From a virus: a stretch of 64,000 bases of DNA. The DNA lies in IMG/VR virus record IMGVR_UViG_3300021181_000006, positions 1 to 64,000 of that record, one strand, 5' to 3'. The position numbers and the translations under genes are program-made. Each line of letters opens with the position of its first letter. Position 1 is the first letter of the stretch. The notes beneath the pieces were generated by a model that ran no database searches, had not been told where the DNA came from, and was given only the letters and a program-made list of their open reading frames with translations. Positions 1-7,118 of this stretch are shown piece by piece.

Positions 1-61
1 AAAATCTCAGTATCTGTTAATTTTATGATGAGGTGGTAATTTTCCACCATGTCAACTTGGC

Positions 62-175
62 CAAATAAAAAAAAAAAAATGATGCCCAAGGAATTCTAAA
101 AAGGGTTGTGACCCTGAGTCATGGGCAAAGTGCCAGGAATTTTTTCCTAAAAATAATTTTTTTTTTTTTTATTTG
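62..175. repeat. Inverted repeat with homopolymer arms (CAAAT-A13-T / A-T14-ATTTG)
   Basis: 62-80 is the reverse complement of 156-175 except for one base in run length (13 A vs 14 T); encloses smaller inverted repeats. Confidence 0.6.
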
Positions 176-389
176 AAAATCTGTCCTGTATTGACAAGCA
201 CTTACAACATATCACCTTTAATCTCACTCGGACCCATGTTAAGAAAAACCACTACAGGTAGTATGCCATGTATCCGGGAATCAACATATTGCATTTAATG
301 TAATTTAAATTATACAGTACTTAGGTACTATAGCATTTTATGTTAAACGTTAAATAAGTAGTTTAATCTATTCATTGAACGTTAAACAC

Positions 390-471
390 TTAAATATACA
401 TATATAATAATATATAATAATAATAATAATAAATAATAAATAATGTAATATATGTATATATATAAATATAA
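390..471. repeat. AT-only low-complexity (TAA/TA) tract, possible unwinding element
   Basis: About 80 nt with only three G/C, inside an ORF-free region. Confidence 0.55.
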
Positions 472-560
472 CTGAAAGTGTGCTATGGGGAAAAATAATT
501 TGGTGGTCTAATTCCTGCCTTGTCCTATACGTGAGGCTTTTCTGAAGAATTTTTTCATGT

Positions 561-599
561 GATAATGAGAATCATTCTCAATAAGAATTACGGTATAAT
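561..599 (+). promoter_or_regulatory. Fur-family box overlapping the -35 position of a TATAAT promoter
   Basis: GATAATGAGAATCATTCTC (561-579) matches the GATAATGATAATCATTATC Fur consensus at 17/19; perfect TGAGAAT-C-ATTCTCA palindrome; TATAAT at 594-599. Confidence 0.55.
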
Positions 600-876
600 A
601 ATCATACAGAAACCATTACTATGATGTGTCATCACCACTACAATTTTCTATCCATTCTAGATAGAAATCAGGTTCATGAGCAATGGTGTTTTAGCGATCC
701 TTGAGGGCGCTATTAAATTCCTACTTGGTATCAAGTAGACTACTTTCTTTCACGATCTCCCTTTTCTTGACTGGACTAGTAGGGTGTACCTATGGGTCTT
801 CCTTGTTGGTGGAGGGAGGTCGTGACTTTATTCGTATAATATCTTCATCACTTGGAGTGATGAAGATATTACAACT

Positions 877-1389
877 ATGGACAATGATTTACATCAAAAG
901 CCGAAAGGCAAGTACATGAATCCAGCACGTGCCCGTTCTCGTCTAGAGAAACTCAAGAAAATCTATGATCCGATCCAGGAATCGATGAAGAAGAACCGCG
1001 ATGAAGCGGCTGCTCTCCATGTCCTCAATGACAAGGAATCAGCTTCTCTCTCATCTGTCTCAGAAGACGATGCCGCTATCCGTGAATCTCTCCAAAACGA
1101 GATCGTGGAGCGCTCATCCCGCATCCTCATCTTGGATACGGCCTTCCATGATACCATGACGCAGAATGCCGAACTGATTCGTCGTTTCCATGTGGCAGAA
1201 GTCACGCTTCGTCGCAAGATCTTGGAATATCCCGCCAAACTGCGCAAGCATTTGAACCGTGGTCTCAAAACCGAGACTCGTGGTCCGAAGGACATGTTCA
1301 ATGCCAAGGAAGAGCGTCGTGTTCTGCTCGCTGCAGAAGCAGAAAAGACGCCACAACAGCAGTTAGCAGCTGCTTTGTCAGGGACCTAA
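877..1389 (+). CDS. Hypothetical helical protein (170 aa)
   Basis: Long ORF, charged helical composition, coherent codon usage. Confidence 0.7.
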   Translation: MDNDLHQKPKGKYMNPARARSRLEKLKKIYDPIQESMKKNRDEAAALHVLNDKESASLSSVSEDDAAIRESLQNEIVERSSRILILDTAFHDTMTQNAELIRRFHVAEVTLRRKILEYPAKLRKHLNRGLKTETRGPKDMFNAKEERRVLLAAEAEKTPQQQLAAALSGT

Positions 1390-1393
1390 GTTT

Positions 1394-1594
1394 CCTATGC
1401 AAGCGGACAACCCGAATGCATAGTAGCCTCTCCATCTGATCCGTGTGGAGTTGTAGCATGCTGCTGAATCCCGTGGTATGATTAGGACTTGCAATCCGTC
1501 ATATTCGGACCTATTCGGCAGAAACGGACACGTTTTCAGGTGACCACTATAGCGCTTCACCACTTGTTTACTCAAGTTCTTGGCGTTATAGTGG
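1394..1594 (+). ncRNA. Unidentified structured RNA with 3' pseudoknot, directly upstream of tmRNA
   Basis: Helices 1395-1401/1417-1423, 1430-1434/1446-1450, 1461-1469/1513-1521, 1477-1481/1499-1503, 1522-1526/1531-1535, 1539-1543/1557-1561; loop 1544-1554 pairs with 1584-1594 (11 bp). Confidence 0.55.
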
Positions 1595-1609
1595 TTATCG
1601 TTCTTTCAT

Positions 1610-1985
1610 GGGCCTGATTAGCTTCGACGGGAATTGTGAAATAAGAGTGAGCCGTGTCGTAGAGCTTGTGGCTACGTAAAAAACAAGCAAAAAATGTAAA
1701 TGACGATTCCGTCACTTACGCATCTGCCCGTCTCGCTGCCTAACCGCAGCCTGGCTCACAGGTGTCCAATCTGCAACATACGGGTGCTTCTACCGTTGCA
1801 GATCATCAGAAGATCGTCGGCCTAGGAACTGGAAAACCTAGGGACTAAATTCCATCTCGGTCCAGCACAATGGGTACCGTAAACTCGAAATGCTAGGTGA
1901 TCATTCCAAATAATGATATATACACGGTAGAGCACACTATAGATCGATTCTCGGACCTGGGTTGCGAAACCCAGCAGGTCCACCA
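1610..1985 (+). ncRNA. ssrA: tmRNA (transfer-messenger RNA)
   Basis: 5' GGGCCTG pairs with 3' CAGGTCC-ACCA including G3-U wobble; GATTAGCTTCGACGGG D-like region; T-arm CTGGG/CCCAG; internal tag frame ending LAA-stop. Confidence 0.95.
1696..1743 (+). other. tmRNA tag reading frame VNDDSVTYASARLAA* (resume codon could instead be GCA at 1687)
   Basis: Translation of 1696-1743; ND start and LAA end typical of proteolysis tags. Confidence 0.8.
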
Positions 1986-2027
1986 TTTGTAATTTCAGTG
2001 GCACGTGTGTACCTACTAGCAATAGTA

Positions 2028-2164
2028 GGAGTTCCTCTGATGAGTCTGCTTAAACTCCAGACGAAACCGATCAGTGAAGACGAGTGTTCTCTTCACATAG
2101 GTGGGCGTACTATTACAGAATTAACACACTCTGTACCTGTAACCTGCCTGATTGGTAAGGAAAT
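2028..2164 (+). ncRNA. Type I hammerhead ribozyme with 73-nt insertion in stem III; predicted cleavage after A2157
   Basis: CTGATGA 2037-2043; stem II GTCTG/CAGAC; GAAA 2063-2066; stem III ACCGATCAG 2066-2074 / CTGATTGGT 2148-2156; GUA triplet; stem I TTCCT 2032-2036 / AGGAA 2158-2162. Confidence 0.85.
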
Positions 2165-3250
2165 GCTTGGATCAGACATCGGAAGTCGGTGCCAGGCCTA
2201 GACCACGTGCTTACCGTGTGTTCTAGTAGTCTATTGTCAGTCCAACCATAGGGAGCACTAGCGGTGACAGATGATTCCTGTTCGTTGCTGCTCTCAGCCC
2301 TCATAGACGGCAAATAAGTTTTTAATGACCAGAACTGAATGGTCAGAGCGAACTAACGGTAAGACGTATTTTTGAAGGTATTTTGGAGGACCACGGAGCC
2401 ATCCAAAGGCCCTCCTAGAGAGGTAGCCTAACTCTGTGGTGAAGACCACGACTCGGGGTGCAAAGCCAGGGATACCTTCTTTCTTTCAAACCATCAACCA
2501 AAGGAAGACCATGTTCAGAAAAGGACTCTACGACATAGAATTCGTTTTTGGTCTTGTGAAAGCTCCAGAAGAGAGAGTATTGGTTGATGGAGATATCATG
2601 AATACCAAATCGTTACGCATGCGTACTTTTGCTTATAAAGGCATTCATTGCGTGAATTGTGAAAGGTATGGCAGGGGTTTCGTTAAAGAGAAACATCACG
2701 CTTCGGATCAGACGTATCATTTTGCCCTCTATCACTGGTATAACGATGATAGAGAGCCTATGATACTGATGACAAAAGATCATATACTACCCATTTCAAA
2801 AGGTGGTCGTGATTTTCTTGGTAACATGCAACCCATGTGTGCGGTGTGTAATTTTACCAAAGCAGGAGATCCTCTTCCTGTTGGTGTGAAGTTCACTCCC
2901 AATGAACTATTTCTTCGTATTCCGCTATCCAGTCCCACTATGACCTCTTAGGTGAGCTGCGTTCATGCTCTTTGCAGCATGAAGCCAGTAGCGAGATCCT
3001 AAGTGCGTCGGGATGATAGACGTGAAGAATGGATAGACAGACACTCAGGTAAGTCCAAGCGCGCTCTTGCTAAGGGTGAAATGCTGAGCTGAATGGGGTG
3101 CGAGTCGCAATGCCCGACACTGTTCGGGGATAGGAGCACGCGCCATGCAAAGATTCCTGCATCGTTAGCCGGACTTAGAGCCGGCCACTCTGATTGACTT
3201 CAGATATACATGAAGCAATCTATAGAGCAATAATATACACGAAAGAGTCC
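2158..3250 (+). ncRNA. Candidate large structured ncRNA (about 650 nt excluding the HNH ORF)
   Basis: ORF-poor and helix-dense flanks at 2158-2510 and 2952-3250; pseudoknot 2210-2217/2356-2363; long-range helices 2414-2424/2943-2952 and 3050-3056/3171-3177. Confidence 0.55.
2511..2951 (+). CDS. HNH endonuclease (McrA-like, Zn-binding), 146 aa from ATG 2511
   Basis: CVNC...TKDHILPISKGG...NMQPMCAVCNFTK motif; AAGGAAG RBS at 2501-2507. Confidence 0.88.
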   Translation: MFRKGLYDIEFVFGLVKAPEERVLVDGDIMNTKSLRMRTFAYKGIHCVNCERYGRGFVKEKHHASDQTYHFALYHWYNDDREPMILMTKDHILPISKGGRDFLGNMQPMCAVCNFTKAGDPLPVGVKFTPNELFLRIPLSSPTMTS

Positions 3251-3287
3251 ATGCAGTATCCTACGAAAGTAGGGTACTGCATTTTTT
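3251..3287 (+). terminator. Rho-independent terminator
   Basis: ATGCAGTATCCTAC-GAAA-GTAGGGTACTGCAT followed by a T run. Confidence 0.85.
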
Positions 3288-3299
3288 AGATACCACACC

Positions 3300-3482
3300 A
3301 TGACTGATAAACATACAGTAACCCTCGAATATCAAGTGCAGCAAGCTCGTCTTGTTAAACAATTACGCGCAGAAAACTCTCGATTACGAAACCGACTGAA
3401 AGAGCTATTAGAATATGAACGACAAAGAGATGCCGAAATCGCAGCCAGCGACACAAGTAGTGACCACATCATGCCCTATTGA
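3300..3482 (+). CDS. Small coiled-coil hypothetical protein
   Basis: 60-aa ORF with heptad-like pattern. Confidence 0.5.
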   Translation: MTDKHTVTLEYQVQQARLVKQLRAENSRLRNRLKELLEYERQRDAEIAASDTSSDHIMPY

Positions 3483-3633
3483 GCATGGTGAGTTTAAGGT
3501 CAGTGTCAGTGAAGCTGAAGCATATTTCGAGAAATATGGCTTATATATGATTAATGGAGGTTTGAAGAAAACCACGCCATCAGAATCGGATCATCAATCT
3601 GATGCAGACGATACGCCTGATATAAGTGTATAA
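3415..3633 (+). CDS. Small hypothetical protein
   Basis: 72-aa ORF overlapping the previous one. Confidence 0.4.
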   Translation: MNDKEMPKSQPATQVVTTSCPIEHGEFKVSVSEAEAYFEKYGLYMINGGLKKTTPSESDHQSDADDTPDISV

Positions 3634-5566
3634 AGTGTTCCGCTGGCGTATCGTGTGACTTTTCTGGATGTATGACACCAGCTTTAGAGAGAGTTTCCAT
3701 TTCATGGAAGCTCTCTCTAAAAATGGGATAGAGTAACTCACCTTCACGGTGCAAAATAACATCTCTAGGATCCTCTTCGTCTTGAGGATCAATAAATAAG
3801 ATATTTTTCTCTACTTTGGATTCCATATTCCCGGGTAATGGAGTAAAAATAATCTTATCAAAGATGGTTTTTTTACCTATGCCTCGTAACCATGGGATAA
3901 ATTCTATAGGAGCATTCTCAAACTTACCGACTGAAACGCTGACTGGCATATCACGGTGTTTAGGCCGATAAGCACCTAATCCAAAGTGTGGTACAAAGGT
4001 TCCACGACAATTACTTGACAGGATACCTTCAGCCCAATACGATGATGTCATCGTATGGAGATCATACACATGCCCAGTATAATCGAATCTTTCGATACCA
4101 ATAATTTTCAACGGGACTATCTCGCCGGAATATCCATCCAACAGCTCGCTAATAATTTTGGAATCGGAAAGACAACTGTTCATCGTAAGCTGAGACAGCT
4201 CGGCCTCAAAAAAAGAGGTCTTATCGACAAAAATTCCGTTATCAGCAGATATATTGCTGGCGAGTCTGCTCTTGAGATAGCTCTGTCCATTCGTGTCAAT
4301 AAAATTACTATTTATAAAATCCTTCGTGAGCATGGTGTCCCAAGACGGTCCACTGCTCATGCTAATACTTTGAGAATGCAGAAGTTGAGCAAGGAAGATC
4401 GCCTTCTGCTCACGAATGCTGCCCACGCCGCCGTCAAAGGACAGTCCAGAACGAAAGAGGAACTTATCCAGAGAGCTAAAACGCGACAGGAGCGAAGTGT
4501 CATTGAATCCAAGGGCGAAAGGATTATGCTCGACTGGCTCAGAGAAGCCGGATTGCATTGTACTCCACAACTCGCTATTGGACCGTATAATATCGATGTC
4601 GCCGTTCATGAAAATGCCATCGCCGTGGAAATCTTTGGAGGAAACTTCCATACGGCTGGCGCTCATGCTGCTTTGTTTCGAGAAAGAACTGATTTTCTCC
4701 TGAATTCTGGTTGGTTGGTTATTATTGTCTGGGATATTAATAGATCTTGTCCATTGTCCAGGGCTGCATCCGATTACATCACTGCCCTCACGAAGATCAC
4801 CCGCTCTCATATACCCATGTGGTGTCAAGAGCATGTGATTAACGGTAACGGACAGCCTTCTTCCATCGGCAAGAATCAACTTAACTACAGGGCCTTTGTA
4901 GGAGGCGACAAATCCTTCGACGATATTATGATCACATCCAGCTGATACAATGGTGTCTGGCAAGACACAGTTTGGGTGTGAATCATGGGTGAGTGGGAAG
5001 GTATAAGACAATAGCTTACGAATATCGTGAATAGTCCCATTAAGAACCCGACAAATTGGACTCGTTCTATCATCATGGACCTCCATACGACGGCAAAGTG
5101 TGAGTCCGTCTTCTAAGAATTCTGACAGGGCTGCTTTCGCATAAATATTCATCGCAGCAGTACGAGCTACAGTGCGGTTATGTCCAAGAACCTGTTTTAC
5201 CGACTGGCCAGTGCGAAGACGGTCTTTAATGTAATCAGATTCTCTAGGACGCGCATTTAACTCCTGGAGCATACCATCGAGATCTTTCTCGTAATCGTAT
5301 GAACCAATACGTAGTTCTGAGGTCTTTATGAGACCTAAGAATCCCTGTGCCCAGTGTCTTCCAGCCATGGCTGCAGCACGCACCAGAGGCAGCACTGAGC
5401 TACGCTTCAACTCCCCGCCTGCCTCAGCAATACCCTTGGAAGCCGCCAGGATCGATTTGATCTCTGCAGGGTGTACTCCACTGGTCAGTGTACGAGTAAG
5501 TGCGTCCACGGGCTTCCTAGAATCCCAGGATCGGAGTCTTGAAGTCTTCGGTATCAGGCGCTTCAC
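3551..5566 (-). CDS. MuF/SPP1 gp7-like head morphogenesis protein containing an intein
   Basis: DDRTSPICRVLNG...HPN|CRGTF motif reconstituted after intein removal (351 aa spliced). Confidence 0.85.
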   Translation of the reverse strand: MKRLIPKTSRLRSWDSRKPVDALTRTLTSGVHPAEIKSILAASKGIAEAGGELKRSSVLPLVRAAAMAGRHWAQGFLGLIKTSELRIGSYDYEKDLDGMLQELNARPRESDYIKDRLRTGQSVKQVLGHNRTVARTAAMNIYAKAALSEFLEDGLTLCRRMEVHDDRTSPICRVLNGTIHDIRKLLSYTFPLTHDSHPNCVLPDTIVSAGCDHNIVEGFVASYKGPVVKLILADGRRLSVTVNHMLLTPHGYMRAGDLREGSDVIGCSPGQWTRSINIPDNNNQPTRIQEKISSFSKQSSMSASRMEVSSKDFHGDGIFMNGDIDIIRSNSELWSTMQSGFSEPVEHNPFALGFNDTSLLSRFSSLDKFLFRSGLSFDGGVGSIREQKAIFLAQLLHSQSISMSSGPSWDTMLTKDFINSNFIDTNGQSYLKSRLASNISADNGIFVDKTSFFEAELSQLTMNSCLSDSKIISELLDGYSGEIVPLKIIGIERFDYTGHVYDLHTMTSSYWAEGILSSNCRGTFVPHFGLGAYRPKHRDMPVSVSVGKFENAPIEFIPWLRGIGKKTIFDKIIFTPLPGNMESKVEKNILFIDPQDEEDPRDVILHREGELLYPIFRESFHEMETLSKAGVIHPEKSHDTPAEHFIHLYQAYRLHQIDDPILMAWFSSNLH
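4015..4060 (+). promoter_or_regulatory. Sigma70-type promoter, palindromic operator and RBS for the antisense endonuclease
   Basis: TTGACA 4015-4020, 17-nt spacer, TACGAT 4038-4043; ATACGATGA-TG-TCATCGTAT 4037-4056; GGAG 4057-4060, 9 nt before ATG 4070. Confidence 0.75.
4070..4945 (+). CDS. HTH-repeat + Vsr/DUF559-like endonuclease nested antisense within the intein (291 aa)
   Basis: Two HTH motifs (ISIQQLANNFGIGKTTVHRKL; SALEIALSIRVNKITIYKIL); PYNIDVA...AVEIFGGNFH...LLNSGWLVIIVWD nuclease motif. Confidence 0.88.
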   Translation: MPSIIESFDTNNFQRDYLAGISIQQLANNFGIGKTTVHRKLRQLGLKKRGLIDKNSVISRYIAGESALEIALSIRVNKITIYKILREHGVPRRSTAHANTLRMQKLSKEDRLLLTNAAHAAVKGQSRTKEELIQRAKTRQERSVIESKGERIMLDWLREAGLHCTPQLAIGPYNIDVAVHENAIAVEIFGGNFHTAGAHAALFRERTDFLLNSGWLVIIVWDINRSCPLSRAASDYITALTKITRSHIPMWCQEHVINGNGQPSSIGKNQLNYRAFVGGDKSFDDIMITSS

Positions 5567-5738
5567 AAGGCTCTGTATACTTCAGTACGATCAGCTTTTC
5601 GTTGGCTTTGGTGATATGGGTCTCGTTAGCGACACCCTCTACACCTTGAGCCGATAGGATCTCGCCATAACGGTCTCGATCCGTACTGACGTCCAGATCG
5701 AGAACTTCAACCTTATGATTTCTCTGTGTATTCATCAT
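5517..5738 (-). CDS. Small hypothetical protein upstream of MuF gene
   Basis: GAGGTGG RBS before ATG 5738; overlaps the MuF start. Confidence 0.55.
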   Translation of the reverse strand: MMNTQRNHKVEVLDLDVSTDRDRYGEILSAQGVEGVANETHITKANEKLIVLKYTEPCEAPDTEDFKTPILGF

Positions 5739-5789
5739 AACCACCTCTCTACGAGTATATCGTAGATTTACAAACAAGGAAGACTCATT

Positions 5790-6278
5790 ATGTTACGCAA
5801 CGCTACGCTTATGAAAGAACTGACTATCCGCTTCTCTGGCCCAGTCAGAATTATCAAGGATCCAAAGGCGATCACACCGTCTATCAGCGGTATCTCTTAT
5901 CTAAAGCCTCATGAGTACGAGATTGAGAATCGTTTCTTGATTAAGAAGCTCGGTTTACATCGCCAAGTCTATGGCAAAGCCATGCACCGAATCGCCATCA
6001 AGAATAATCTGCAGGCTGGAACCGGTGTTCGGATCTGGTTTTCTCAGTCGAAGACGCGTCATGGAATCGACATGATCAATGATAATGGTACGCTCCTGTT
6101 CATGTACAACAACGAGTTGTTTAAGAGCATCCGCGCCATCATCTACTTCATCACCGGTCAGTATCCCGCAAGCCTTGGAGATACGTTCCATGCCTGTGTC
6201 GATGGTAAGGGTAGGGATCTCAGCTACTACCTCACCATGATCAGTCTCTATCATTACAAGAACAAGAAAGTGGCGTAA
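5790..6278 (+). CDS. Hypothetical protein
   Basis: 162-aa ORF with AAGGAAG RBS. Confidence 0.65.
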   Translation: MLRNATLMKELTIRFSGPVRIIKDPKAITPSISGISYLKPHEYEIENRFLIKKLGLHRQVYGKAMHRIAIKNNLQAGTGVRIWFSQSKTRHGIDMINDNGTLLFMYNNELFKSIRAIIYFITGQYPASLGDTFHACVDGKGRDLSYYLTMISLYHYKNKKVA

Positions 6279-6368
6279 CTTGGTATAAGTTCAATGATGG
6301 TCCTTCGGGACTGTCATTTTTTACTATTTATAAATACTACAATTATTAACCCAGGTTAAGGTTAATGA

Positions 6369-7118
6369 ATGATTTCTCTGTCTTATAAAGCATCTTCGAA
6401 TGCTCCGTACCATATCACACATGTCGATAAAAACGCTCATGTGCAAACTCATAGTAAACTCAGGGAATCTTTTATTTCCGGTGAGTTAAATGTTTCTACT
6501 ATGCGAATGGAAACTATTATGACTCCACTTAAAAATGGAGTTAGTGATGTCAGGGTCTATCGTACTTATGGTCAACGCAGAAATATGCCATGGCCGAAAC
6601 GTATGCCTGTAGAACCTAAACTCTTCATACAGACTCCTGGTCCTATTTGGCAAGTAAAAATCGGTTGTAATATCGATGGTTATGTACGTTATCTGAGTCG
6701 TGATCGTTCTAGCGAAAGTAAAGATACATTAGCCTTTAGTCATATCAACGATCTGCTCAACCACTTCTCTCTGCATTGGAAATCTTCTGAAACCAAGAGT
6801 GTCTATGATCAGGCAGAAATCATAGATAATGGTACATTAATGACTCTGAGAGAATTTCTCGGATTCCGTGGTAACAGATGCTCTTATGAACGTGTATTTG
6901 TACCAAAGAAGAATTTCTATGCATTACATAGCGATGTCTTCCATCATCCTGATGATGCGTCAGAGAAGGTATCAGTCAATATAGCTTATGGATATACTAA
7001 CCCTGAAATTATTACGGTAAATGATCGTTCTGGTAAGGAATGGATTGCTATCGATCCATTCCTAGAATTTGTCCATAATGTCAGCCGTCGTCCTTTATCA
7101 GAGTATGTCAAGACTTGA
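6369..7118 (+). CDS. Hypothetical protein (AT-rich island)
   Basis: 249-aa ORF. Confidence 0.65.
   Translation: MISLSYKASSNAPYHITHVDKNAHVQTHSKLRESFISGELNVSTMRMETIMTPLKNGVSDVRVYRTYGQRRNMPWPKRMPVEPKLFIQTPGPIWQVKIGCNIDGYVRYLSRDRSSESKDTLAFSHINDLLNHFSLHWKSSETKSVYDQAEIIDNGTLMTLREFLGFRGNRCSYERVFVPKKNFYALHSDVFHHPDDASEKVSVNIAYGYTNPEIITVNDRSGKEWIAIDPFLEFVHNVSRRPLSEYVKT

Larger units (their letters stand above)
4010..4969 (-). mobile_element. Intein (320 aa), CVLPDT...VYDLHT...GILSSN
   Basis: N-terminal Cys, block B TVNH, block F HVYDL, terminal Asn followed by Cys+1; penultimate residue is Ser, not His. Confidence 0.9.

Noticed and set aside
701-919. 72-aa hydrophobic ORF
   Set aside because: TTG start without RBS; no independent support
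1477-1503. tRNA-Ala(UGC) gene
   Set aside because: Only an anticodon-like loop; no D-arm, T-arm or CCA
1461-1536. CTGCTGA...GAAAC as a second hammerhead
   Set aside because: A6 is replaced by C, no 10.1-11.1 pair, and no stem I
2436-2510. GTG-start N-terminal extension of the HNH
   Set aside because: It lies in the hairpin-rich RNA; the RBS supports ATG 2511
2511-2951. IscB/HEARO (OMEGA) system
   Set aside because: The protein is only 146 aa with no PLMP or RuvC motifs
3190-3220. CTGATTGA + hairpin as a closing hammerhead (circularising RNA)
   Set aside because: Followed by CAA instead of GAA; better explained as a GATTG/CAATC hairpin
2952-3240. RNase P RNA (AGGTAAGTCC, AAGGGTGAAA)
   Set aside because: Motif order and spacing are wrong; no ACAGAA or terminal GGCTTA core
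2158-3250. Canonical group I or group II intron around the HNH
   Set aside because: No P7 GACTA/TAGTC in the right order, no S element, no domain V, and no identifiable exons; still worth a covariance-model check
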